From NCBI GenBank assembly GCA_003241645.1, contig QFOX01000009.1, positions 2,534-66,533 of the forward strand: a stretch of 64,000 nt of DNA. Direction: 5' to 3'. Below, in pieces: positions 49,379 to 57,388 of this stretch. Made by a program: the position numbers and the translations under genes. The DNA is from Azospirillum brasilense. Lineage in GTDB: Bacteria; Pseudomonadota; Alphaproteobacteria; Rickettsiales; UBA3002. Each line of letters starts with the position of its first letter. Position 1 is the first letter of the stretch. The notes under the pieces were generated by a model. That model was given only the letters and a program-made list of their open reading frames with translations. It ran no database searches and was not told the DNA's origin.

Positions 49379-50200
49379 CTATGCCCCCGTCGGAATGCGC
49401 AATTGCCGGTCGATATCGAAATGCTGCGCAGGCTCGAGGTATGAGTTCAGGCGGTCCTGCATGAAGCGCGGGGTCTTCTTCTCGGCCAGCATGCACAGCC
49501 CTTCCACCACCATCAGGTTGCGGAAACGTTCGGTCTCTTCCTTCTGCAGCAATTTGTTCGCCGCGGGCAGGAACACCATGCGCGCCAGCACCACGCCATA
49601 CAGCGTGGCCACCAGCGCCAGCGACATGCCGATGCCGATGGTGGCGACCATGTTCTTCGGGCCCTGGCCCATCTGTTCCAGCATGGCCACCATGCCCACC
49701 AGCGTACCGATCATCCCGAAGGCGGGGGCGCTGGAGCCCATGTTGCGCAGCACCTGCACGGGGGCGGTGCGGGCTTCGAATTCGCTTTCCACGGCGGTGG
49801 TCATCATGGCGCGCAGGTCGGCCGGGTTGTGGTTGGTCACCACCAGCTCGATGCAGTATTTGATGACCGGGTCGTTCACCGCCACGGATTTGATCTCGTT
49901 CTCCAGCGCATTCACGCCGCGCTGCTGTACAAGGTAGCCCCATTTAATGAGGCGGCCGATCTCGGTGTTCAGCCCCTCGCGGGTGGATTTGGGCTTTTTC
50001 ACCATCCAGCCGATGGCGCTGAACGCGGTCAGCACATCGCGGCTATGGTAGCCCATGAACGCCGCGGCGATGGAGCCGCCGAGCACGATCAGCAGCGCCG
50101 GCAGGTCAAGGTAAATGAAGGGATTATTGGTAGCCAGGGTCACGGCAACGCCGATCATGAGCAGGCCGAAAATGACCCCGAGCAGGGAAGGAAGCGACAT
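49379..50200 (-). CDS. motA: MotA/PomA-like stator protein (MotA/TolQ/ExbB proton channel family)
   Basis: Four-TM layout with APAFGMIGTLVGMV...MSLALVATLYGVVLARMVFLPAANKL. The start is at 50200. It lies immediately upstream of the motB-like gene. Confidence 0.78.
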   Translation of the reverse strand: MSLPSLLGVIFGLLMIGVAVTLATNNPFIYLDLPALLIVLGGSIAAAFMGYHSRDVLTAFSAIGWMVKKPKSTREGLNTEIGRLIKWGYLVQQRGVNALENEIKSVAVNDPVIKYCIELVVTNHNPADLRAMMTTAVESEFEARTAPVQVLRNMGSSAPAFGMIGTLVGMVAMLEQMGQGPKNMVATIGIGMSLALVATLYGVVLARMVFLPAANKLLQKEETERFRNLMVVEGLCMLAEKKTPRFMQDRLNSYLEPAQHFDIDRQLRIPTGA

Positions 50201-50276
50201 AGCAGCGCACCGTTTGCGTTTATGGTTCACCGGCGATACTATGCGATTGTTCCACCCCGCACAAGTCACGAGAATC

Positions 50277-51014
50277 ATGGCCCAAATTCCCCCGCGCATC
50301 GGCATCACACTGGACTCAGAGCCCGCTGGCGGCTGGTCGAAATACCCGTGGTATGCGCTGCGCGAAAATTATTGCGGCATCATCGCCCGCCATGGTGGCG
50401 TGCCGCTGGCGCTGCCGCACGAGCCCGAACTGGCCGAGGCGTATCTTGATACCATCAGCGGGTTGGTCATCACCGGCGGTAATTTCGACGTGCCGCCCGA
50501 GATGTACGGCGAAGCCACCACCAGCGAAAAGGTCACCACCAAACCCCGGCGCAGCCAGTTCGAATGGGCCATTACGCAAGGCGCGGTGAAGCGCAACATG
50601 CCGATTCTGGGTATTTGCGGCGGGCAGCAATTGCTCAACGTCATCCTCGGCGGCACGCTGATCCAGCACATCCCCGACGCAGTGCAGAACGCGCTGGCGC
50701 ACGAGCAGCCCAACCCCCGCCACGAGGCCGGGCACGAAGTGGCCATCGTGCATGGCACGTTGCTTTCGGATATCGTCGGCAAACCGCGCATCGCGGTCAA
50801 CTCGGCGCACCATCAGGCCGTGGCCAAACCCGCCCCCGGGGCCATCGTGAATGCGCGTGCGGAAGATGGCGTCATCGAAGGCATCGAATACCCCTCGCAC
50901 CCGTTCTGCCTTGGCGTGCAGTGGCACCCGGAATTCTCCATTACCAGCGCCGATGATAAGATCATCACGGCGTTTATCGCGGCGGCGACGCATTATGCGC
51001 GCGATGCGCGCTGA
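50277..51014 (+). CDS. Class I glutamine amidotransferase-like, peptidase C26 / PuuD (gamma-glutamyl-GABA hydrolase) family
   Basis: PILGICGGQQLLNVILGG (nucleophile Cys), NSAHHQAV, VIEGIE, GVQWHPEF. Confidence 0.8.
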   Translation: MAQIPPRIGITLDSEPAGGWSKYPWYALRENYCGIIARHGGVPLALPHEPELAEAYLDTISGLVITGGNFDVPPEMYGEATTSEKVTTKPRRSQFEWAITQGAVKRNMPILGICGGQQLLNVILGGTLIQHIPDAVQNALAHEQPNPRHEAGHEVAIVHGTLLSDIVGKPRIAVNSAHHQAVAKPAPGAIVNARAEDGVIEGIEYPSHPFCLGVQWHPEFSITSADDKIITAFIAAATHYARDAR

Positions 51015-51092
51015 AGGGGGCATTAGGATGCCGCCCTTCGCTTCACTTCGTTTCGCTGACCCCCTCGCTTTGCGGCTCGGCTTCGCCTACGC
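51013..51092 (-). repeat. REP-like intergenic repeat, copy R3 (inverted orientation)
   Basis: The reverse complement reads gcgtaggcgaagccgagccgcaaagcgagggggtcagc...gaagggcggcatcctaatgcccccttc. Confidence 0.75.
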
Positions 51093-51116
51093 ACCGTACC
51101 CACGAAAGGTGATGCC

Positions 51117-51911
51117 ATGACCGAAAAGGGCGAACGCATCGCCAAGGTCATGGCGGCGGCGGGCATCTGCTCGCGGCGCGATGCCGAGCGCATGATCGAA
51201 CAGGGGCGCGTGCGCGTGAATGGCAATACGCTGCGCTCGCCCGCGCTCACCGTCACGCCCGACGATACGATCGAGGTGGACGGCACCCTGCTGAAAAAAC
51301 GCAAGGCCGCCACACTGCCGCGCCTGTGGCGCTACCACAAACCGGCGGGTCTCATCACCAGCCACCATGACCCCGAAGGCCGCCCGACCGTGTTCGAATA
51401 TTTGCCGCCGCATTTGCCGCGCGTCATTTCCGTGGGGCGGCTCGACCTCGACAGTGAAGGATTGTTGCTGCTGACCGATTCGGGCGAGTTGAGCCGCGCG
51501 CTGGAGCTGCCGCGCAATGCCATGGATCGCACTTACCGCGTGCGCGTGAACGGGCAGATCAGCGAGAAACACATCCACATGCTATCGCGCGGCGTGGTGG
51601 TGGACGAGGTGAAGTACCGCCCCATCACCGTGGTGCCGGATACCGACAAGACCACCGGCCGCAACCGCTGGCTGACCGTGACGCTGCGCGAAGGCAAGAA
51701 CCGCGAGATCCGCCGCCTGTTCGATTATTACGGCTACCCGGTCAGCCGTTTGATCCGGGTGGGTTACGCGGGTCTGGAACTAGGCGACCTGGCCGAGAAC
51801 GCCGTGGCCGAAGTGCCGGCGCATACGGTAGAAAAGCTCTATGCCAGCATCACAGCAGAAACGTCATTGCGAGGAGCGCAGCGACGTGGCAATCCATCTA
51901 AGAAACGCTGA
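51117..51911 (+). CDS. rluB: 23S rRNA pseudouridine synthase, RluB/RsuA family
   Basis: S4 domain (RIAKVMAAAGICSRRDAERMIEQGRVRVNG) and the catalytic GRLDLDSEGLLLLTDSGEL. The last ~16 codons lie inside a palindromic repeat. Confidence 0.88.
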   Translation: MTEKGERIAKVMAAAGICSRRDAERMIEQGRVRVNGNTLRSPALTVTPDDTIEVDGTLLKKRKAATLPRLWRYHKPAGLITSHHDPEGRPTVFEYLPPHLPRVISVGRLDLDSEGLLLLTDSGELSRALELPRNAMDRTYRVRVNGQISEKHIHMLSRGVVVDEVKYRPITVVPDTDKTTGRNRWLTVTLREGKNREIRRLFDYYGYPVSRLIRVGYAGLELGDLAENAVAEVPAHTVEKLYASITAETSLRGAQRRGNPSKKR

Positions 51912-51945
51912 ATGCTGGATTGCTTCGCATTCGCTCGCAATGACG
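51862..51945. repeat. ~84-nt palindromic GTCAT-type REP element
   Basis: cgtcattgcgaggagcgcagcgacgtggcaatcca...tggattgcttcgcattcgctcgcaatgacg. Long inverted arms span the rluB stop codon and end 8 nt before the rsmD ATG. Confidence 0.8.
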
Positions 51946-51952
51946 GAGACCT

Positions 51953-52507
51953 ATGAGAATCATCGCCGGTAACCTGAAAGGCCGCAAACTGGCCACCCCG
52001 CAGAACGACGCGATCCGCCCCACGGCCGACCGCATGCGCGAGGCGGTGTTCAACCTGCTCATGCATGGCAGCTATGGCGGCCAGCATATCCGCGAACAGC
52101 GGGTGATGGATTTGTGCTCCGGCACCGGCGCGGTGGGTCTGGAAGCCATCTCACGTGGTGCGGCGCACTGCACCTTCGTGGATCAGGACAAGACCGCGCT
52201 GGCACTGGCCAAAGAGAACGCCGTACATTGCAAGGTGGATGGCCAATGCCAGTTCCTGCTTACCGACGCGACCAAACTTCCCAGCGCTCCACAACCCGTG
52301 GCACTGGCCTTCATGGATGCGCCCTACGCCACGCCGCTGACCCTGCCGGTCTATACCGGATTGCGGCGGCATGGCTGGCTTCAGCCGGAAAGCCTGTTCG
52401 TGGTGGAGCAGCCGCGCAGCGCGGCCGTGGAGACGCTGGAAGGCGCCGAATGCCTTGACCAGCGCGACTACGGCAAAGCGCGGTTGATTATTTATCATAT
52501 CATATAG
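51953..52507 (+). CDS. rsmD: 16S rRNA (guanine966-N2)-methyltransferase
   Basis: MRIIAGNLKGRKLATP...RPTADRMREAVFNLL...DLCSGTGAVGLEAISRGA...MDAPY is the RsmD signature. Confidence 0.88.
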   Translation: MRIIAGNLKGRKLATPQNDAIRPTADRMREAVFNLLMHGSYGGQHIREQRVMDLCSGTGAVGLEAISRGAAHCTFVDQDKTALALAKENAVHCKVDGQCQFLLTDATKLPSAPQPVALAFMDAPYATPLTLPVYTGLRRHGWLQPESLFVVEQPRSAAVETLEGAECLDQRDYGKARLIIYHII

Positions 52508-52510
52508 CAT

Positions 52511-52612
52511 CGTCATTCCAGCGAACGCTGGAATCCATCGTCTTGCATGCTTTCAGCATAGTTCGCATGGATCCCGGCGCTTCATGCGCGTGGCGCATTC
52601 GTCCGGGATGAC
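52511..52612 (-). repeat. Composite intergenic repeat (copy 2) plus adjacent GTCAT-type hairpin
   Basis: The reverse complement of 52511..52577 aligns with 18661..18739 (ccggGatccatgcgaactatgcTgaaAgcat...gatggattcc...ggaatgac). 52570..52612 is a ggatcccgg...ccgggatgac hairpin. Confidence 0.6.
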
Positions 52613-52694
52613 AGAAAAATGTTTCGTACTAATTCCTACACGCCGCAGCTCAAAACGGGGTGCATGGTAGGAGCGTGCGTTGAATGGTGATGCC

Positions 52695-52784
52695 GCGAGG
52701 ACAGCATTGTCCGAGCCAGCCATGAGCCCGCGGGAGCGGCGCGAAGGCATCGCACAGCACGTGCGATCTGCCGAAGCAGCATAA
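52695..52784 (+). repeat. Three-hairpin structured repeat, copy B
   Basis: gcgagGGACAgcatTGTCCgagccagccatgagccCGCgggaGCGgcgcgaaGGCAtcgcacagcacgtgcgatcTGCCgaagcagcataa. Hairpin 1 carries a compensatory T-A to A-T change relative to copy A. Confidence 0.7.
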
Positions 52785-53645
52785 TTAATTGCGGCCCTGC
52801 CCGCGACCCTGGCCACGGCCCGCCTGCTGCATGGCATTCTCCAGGAATTTGCCCGCAAGGTTCAACCCCTGGGCGGCGAGTTTCTTCACCGTGTCCTTCG
52901 CGTCTTCATACACGGCGAGCTGGCCGGTAGCATAGGTCAGGTGCGACTGTTCCACGCGCTTCTTCTCGCTGTCCAGCCCGCGTTCGATCTGCGCCAGCAT
53001 GGCCAGCGCTTCCTGCTTTTCGCGGGCGGAAAGCACTTTGCGCGCCAGCATCGCCTGAATGCGTTCGCGCAGGTCGTCGCGCTCCACATGGTTCATCTCG
53101 GCCATGGCCTGCGCGTTACTCATTTTACCGGCGATGAGCTGCGACAGGATCTGCTCCACCAGCCCAACATCGGCCACGCTGGCATCCACCGCATCGACGC
53201 GGCTTTTGAAATTGCGATCGGCCACGGGGGCGAACAGCGCCGCAAAGAAGACCGTATAATCCCTGTACAGCGCGGTGATTTCGGCGCGCACGCCCTGCGG
53301 CGGCATTTTGTTGAATCCCGCACCCGCCTCGTTCTGCCGCACCAGCGCGGTGGAGAAGGATTTCTCCGTGGTGCGGTTAATATAGCCGGTCGGACGGTCA
53401 GGAATGCTGCGCAGCACCGAGAGGTCATAGGCAAGATTCTCGACCGACAGGCGGCTATTCTTGGCGTAAATATCGGCGGTGCCGGAGGTCAGCGCGCGCA
53501 CGGCATCATGGAAATGTTCGATGCGCGGGCGCATGTCGCCCTCGCTCAGGCGAATGCCCCATTCCGCCTCGATGCGCAGCAGCTGCTCGTATTTGCCATG
53601 CATCAGCGCGATGATGGCGCCTTGTTCTTCACTGGCTACGGCCAT
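52785..53645 (-). CDS. Hypothetical helical protein (286 aa) with a C-terminal GRGQGRGQGRN tail
   Basis: Long ORF divergent from hemW with only 14 nt between the start codons. No recognised motif. Confidence 0.55.
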   Translation of the reverse strand: MAVASEEQGAIIALMHGKYEQLLRIEAEWGIRLSEGDMRPRIEHFHDAVRALTSGTADIYAKNSRLSVENLAYDLSVLRSIPDRPTGYINRTTEKSFSTALVRQNEAGAGFNKMPPQGVRAEITALYRDYTVFFAALFAPVADRNFKSRVDAVDASVADVGLVEQILSQLIAGKMSNAQAMAEMNHVERDDLRERIQAMLARKVLSAREKQEALAMLAQIERGLDSEKKRVEQSHLTYATGQLAVYEDAKDTVKKLAAQGLNLAGKFLENAMQQAGRGQGRGQGRN

Positions 53646-53659
53646 ATACTCCCTCGTTC

Positions 53660-54826
53660 ATGGAACCTGTTAGCACACTCAAACCGCTTGCGCTATATGT
53701 GCACTGGCCCTTCTGCCGGAAAAAATGCCCCTATTGCGATTTCAATTCGCATGTGCGCGACGGCGTGGACCACGCCGCATGGCGCGACGCATTGCTACGC
53801 GAGATGGGCTGTTGGCACGCGCGCATGGCGGGCAGTGGCCACCAGCTCAGCAGTATTTTCTTCGGCGGCGGCACCCCCAGCCTGATGCAGCCGGAAACGG
53901 TCGCTGCCATCATCGAGAAAGCACGCACGCTCTGGCCCGCAAGCCCCGACATCGAGATCACGCTGGAGGCAAATCCCACCTCGGTCGAAGCGGCGAATTT
54001 CGCTGCGCTGGCGCAGGCGGGGGTCAACCGCGTGTCGCTCGGCGTGCAGTCACTGCGCGCGGAGTCGCTCGCTTTTCTGGGTCGCGAACATTCCGCCCAT
54101 GAAGCGCTGGATGCGGTGGCGCTGGCCGCCAAACATTTCCCGCGTTATTCGTTCGACCTGATCTATGCGCTGCCCGGCCAGAGTGAGCAGGCATGGGAGG
54201 CGGAACTGCGCGAAGCGCTGCAGCATGCACGCGGCCACCTGTCGCTCTACCAGCTGACCATTGAGCCCAACACCGCCTTCCACCACCAGTACCATGTGCA
54301 GAAAGCGTTCGCCCTGCCCGCGGATGACAACGCCGCCGCGCTGTACGCACGCACGCAGGCCGTGATGCAGGAGGCTGGCATGCCCGCCTATGAGGTGTCG
54401 AACCACGCGGCAGCGGGGCAGGAAAGCCGCCACAACCTTAGCTACTGGCGCAGCGAATGCTACCTTGGCATTGGGCCCGGCGCGCATGGGCGCGTGGATC
54501 TGGGTGCGCAGCGCTACGCGACGCACACGCTGAAATCGCCCGAGCGCTGGCTGGAATCGGTGCAGCGCATGGGGCATGGGCTGGAAGAAGAAACGCTGCT
54601 AAGCGCGGAAGAGCGCAGCGAAGAATACGTGCTGATGGGGTTGCGCCTGCCGCGCGAAGGCATTGACCTGAACCGGGTGGACGCGACCACCCGCGCCAGC
54701 ATGCAACAGGCACTGCCCATGCTGCAGCAGGAAGGCCTTGTGCAGTGCAGCAATTCCCTGCTTCAGGTCACCCCCAAGGGCGTGCCCGTGCTGAACGCGG
54801 TTATCGGGTCGCTGCTGCGCTCGTAA
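53660..54826 (+). CDS. hemW: Radical SAM heme chaperone HemW (HemN-like, oxygen-independent coproporphyrinogen oxidase family)
   Basis: LYVHWPFCRKKCPYCDFNS (CxxxCxxC radical SAM), SIFFGGGTPSL, and a HemN C-terminal domain. Confidence 0.9.
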   Translation: MEPVSTLKPLALYVHWPFCRKKCPYCDFNSHVRDGVDHAAWRDALLREMGCWHARMAGSGHQLSSIFFGGGTPSLMQPETVAAIIEKARTLWPASPDIEITLEANPTSVEAANFAALAQAGVNRVSLGVQSLRAESLAFLGREHSAHEALDAVALAAKHFPRYSFDLIYALPGQSEQAWEAELREALQHARGHLSLYQLTIEPNTAFHHQYHVQKAFALPADDNAAALYARTQAVMQEAGMPAYEVSNHAAAGQESRHNLSYWRSECYLGIGPGAHGRVDLGAQRYATHTLKSPERWLESVQRMGHGLEEETLLSAEERSEEYVLMGLRLPREGIDLNRVDATTRASMQQALPMLQQEGLVQCSNSLLQVTPKGVPVLNAVIGSLLRS

Positions 54827-56087
54827 AGCCCTGCGGCGCGGCTTCGATGACCACGAGGTTCGCCCCGTCCACCCGCAACACGGCAAGGCCGCGCTCGACC
54901 GTGCCGTTGGCACGCAGGCGGAACACGCCATTCGCCGGGCCGCTATAGCCCGCGCTTTGCGTCAGGTTCTGGGCGTTGAGCTCACGGTTCGAAGTGGCGA
55001 GCGTCACCGCCAGTGCCACCGCATCATACGCCAGGCTGGAGATGCGCTGCGGCGCATAGCCATAGGTCGCAAGGAAGCGCTGTTCGAACTGCGCGGTGGA
55101 TTGCGGCGGGCTCGAAGCCAGCCACGCCCCCTGCAGGTTCACGCGGCGCAGCAGGGTGGGCTCGTCCCAGAAACCGGTGCCCAGCAGCTGCACGTTCTGG
55201 CTGGTCACACCACGGCTGGCGAGCGAACGCAGAATGGTGGTAATGGCAGGCCCACCCTCGGGCAGCAGCAGCGCGTCGAAATTCGGCACCGTGCCTTCGG
55301 GCACGAGCTTCTCCAGCGCAGCATCAATGCCCGTGCCTTGCGGCGGGTATTTGGCTTCGGCCACCAGCACCATGCCGGTTTTCGCCAGCGCTTCGCGCGC
55401 GCCTTTCAACACCACCTCGCCGGTCGCACCTTCCGGCACCAGCGCGGCGATGCGGGTCTTACCCTGCTTCACGGCATAGCCCACCACGCGGGCGGCCTGC
55501 TCTTCCGGCAGGAAGCCGAACGTGTACACGCCCGGGCGGCCGAGTGCCGCGTTGTTGGTGAAGCTGACCACGCTGATGGATTTTGCCTGTGCCAGCGGCC
55601 CGGCGGCTTCGGTGGCGTTGCCGAACAACGGCCCGATGATGAGCTCGGCCCCATCCTCGAGCGCTTCGTTCATGGCCTGTTGCGCCTGCTCCGGCGTGTC
55701 GCCGGTATCCTTCGGCAACAGCTCCACGCGGATATGCTGTTGCGCGGTGGAGAGGCGGGCATATTTGTCGAACAGGGCGATGGTCGCCGCATCCTGCAGG
55801 TTCTTGCCCAGCGCGGCGCTGCGGCCGGTCAGTGGCAGCAGCAGGCCCACGCGCACGGTGCGGGTCGGCATGGCGCTCGCGCCTGCAGCTTCCGCCTGCG
55901 CACCGTCCTGCGGCACGGCGATGATGGAGCCATCGCGCGTCGGCGTCAGGTTCACCGGGCCACGGTTGGGGGCCGCGTGAATGCCGCGTGGCGGCTGGGG
56001 CGCCATGGGTGCGGGTTGCTGGCACGCGGCAAGCAGGCCGAGGGCGATCAGGGCGCCGAGCGTGGGCATACGAAAGCGGTGGCACTT
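54801..56087 (-). CDS. Periplasmic-binding-protein-fold lipoprotein, LpoA-like penicillin-binding protein activator
   Basis: Lipobox LLAAC. The VGLLLPLTGRSAALGKNLQDAATIAL type I PBP fold is present. It is divergent from rsmI, as lpoA (yraM) is in E. coli. Confidence 0.6.
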   Translation of the reverse strand, partial: KCHRFRMPTLGALIALGLLAACQQPAPMAPQPPRGIHAAPNRGPVNLTPTRDGSIIAVPQDGAQAEAAGASAMPTRTVRVGLLLPLTGRSAALGKNLQDAATIALFDKYARLSTAQQHIRVELLPKDTGDTPEQAQQAMNEALEDGAELIIGPLFGNATEAAGPLAQAKSISVVSFTNNAALGRPGVYTFGFLPEEQAARVVGYAVKQGKTRIAALVPEGATGEVVLKGAREALAKTGMVLVAEAKYPPQGTGIDAALEKLVPEGTVPNFDALLLPEGGPAITTILRSLASRGVTSQNVQLLGTGFWDEPTLLRRVNLQGAWLASSPPQSTAQFEQRFLATYGYAPQRISSLAYDAVALAVTLATSNRELNAQNLTQSAGYSGPANGVFRLRANGTVERGLAVLRVDGANLVVIEAAPQGFTSAAATR

Positions 56088-56115
56088 CATGGGAAGCCTC
56101 ATTATGGTGTGCATC

Positions 56116-57000
56116 ATGGCTCCGGCTCATAGCAACAAACATATCAAAAGCCAAGAATCCTTGCAGGCGGGGGGCGCGGGCGAGCTGTTCGTGGTCGCCA
56201 CCCCCATCGGCAATCTGGGCGATATCACCCTGCGCGCGCTGGAAACCCTCAAATCAGTCGATGCGATCGCTTGCGAGGATACCCGCACCAGCGCGGCGTT
56301 GCTGTCGCATTACGGCATCAGCACGCGCACGCTTTCCTACCACGACCATAACGAAGCCAGCATGACGCCGAAGCTGGTGGAACAATTGCAGCAGGGCATG
56401 AAACTCGCGCTTGTTTCCGATGCGGGCACCCCGCTGGTGTCCGACCCCGGGGCGCGGCTGGTCGCGGCGGCGGCACAGGCCGGCATCCGCGTGACGCCGC
56501 TGCCCGGCGCCAGCGCGTTGCTTGCGGGCCTGACCATGGCCGCCCTGCCGACGGATGCGTTCTATTTCGGCGGGTTCCTGCCGCAAAAGAAACAGGCACT
56601 GGCCGAGGCATTGCTGGCGCTGAAGACCCTGCCCGCCACGCTGGCCTTCTACGAAGCGCCGCACCGGCTGGTGGATACGCTGCAGGCGCTGCATGCGCAT
56701 CTCGGTGACCGAAGCGCCGCGGTGGCGCGCGAGATCACCAAACTGTACGAGGAATGCCCGCGCGGCACGCTCTTGCAATTGCTGGCACACTTCACGGCGC
56801 ACCCGCCCCGCGGCGAATGCGTGGTGCTGGTGCAAGGAATGCAGGCGCAGGACGCCATGGATGATGCCGCCATCGACCACGCATTGACCGAGGCGATGGC
56901 GCGGCTGTCGCTGAAGGAAGCGGTGGCCGAAGTGACCGCCGTGAGCGGCCGCCCCAAGCGCGACATCTACCAACGCGCGCTTAGCCTTGCAGGCAAGTGA
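56116..57000 (+). CDS. rsmI: 16S rRNA (cytidine1402-2'-O)-methyltransferase
   Basis: LFVVATPIGNLGDITLRALETLKSVDAIACEDTRTSAALLSHYGI... is the tetrapyrrole-methylase-fold RsmI signature. Confidence 0.92.
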   Translation: MAPAHSNKHIKSQESLQAGGAGELFVVATPIGNLGDITLRALETLKSVDAIACEDTRTSAALLSHYGISTRTLSYHDHNEASMTPKLVEQLQQGMKLALVSDAGTPLVSDPGARLVAAAAQAGIRVTPLPGASALLAGLTMAALPTDAFYFGGFLPQKKQALAEALLALKTLPATLAFYEAPHRLVDTLQALHAHLGDRSAAVAREITKLYEECPRGTLLQLLAHFTAHPPRGECVVLVQGMQAQDAMDDAAIDHALTEAMARLSLKEAVAEVTAVSGRPKRDIYQRALSLAGK

Positions 57001-57371
57001 TGGACCGCCGCCGCCAGCGCCAGCAGCGCGAACGCGCAGGCCAGCGCGCCGAGATGCTGGCCGCATGGTGGCTTCAGGCCAAGGGCTACCGCGTGCTGGC
57101 ACGGCGCTACAAAACCCCCGTCGGTGAGATCGACCTGGTGGTCAAACGCGGTGGGCAGCTTGCGTTCGTGGAGGTGAAACTGCGCCGCCATGCGCGCGAC
57201 GCGGCCGAAGCCGTGCATATCCGTAACCAGCAACGTGTGGTGCGCGCAGCACAATGGTGGCTGCAGCATCACCCGGAATATGCAAGCAGCACGGTAAGGT
57301 TCGACGCGTGCCTTCTTGCATGGTACCGCTGGCCGAACCATATACCCCACGCATTTTCTGCGTCGCACTGA
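57000..57371 (+). CDS. yraN: YraN-family (UPF0102) endonuclease-like protein
   Basis: GQRAEMLAAWWLQAKGYRVLARRYKTPVGEIDLVVKRGGQLAFVEVKLR. The ATG overlaps the rsmI stop (TGATG). Confidence 0.85.
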   Translation: MDRRRQRQQRERAGQRAEMLAAWWLQAKGYRVLARRYKTPVGEIDLVVKRGGQLAFVEVKLRRHARDAAEAVHIRNQQRVVRAAQWWLQHHPEYASSTVRFDACLLAWYRWPNHIPHAFSASH

Positions 57372-57388
57372 ATCACTACGGAGCTGTT

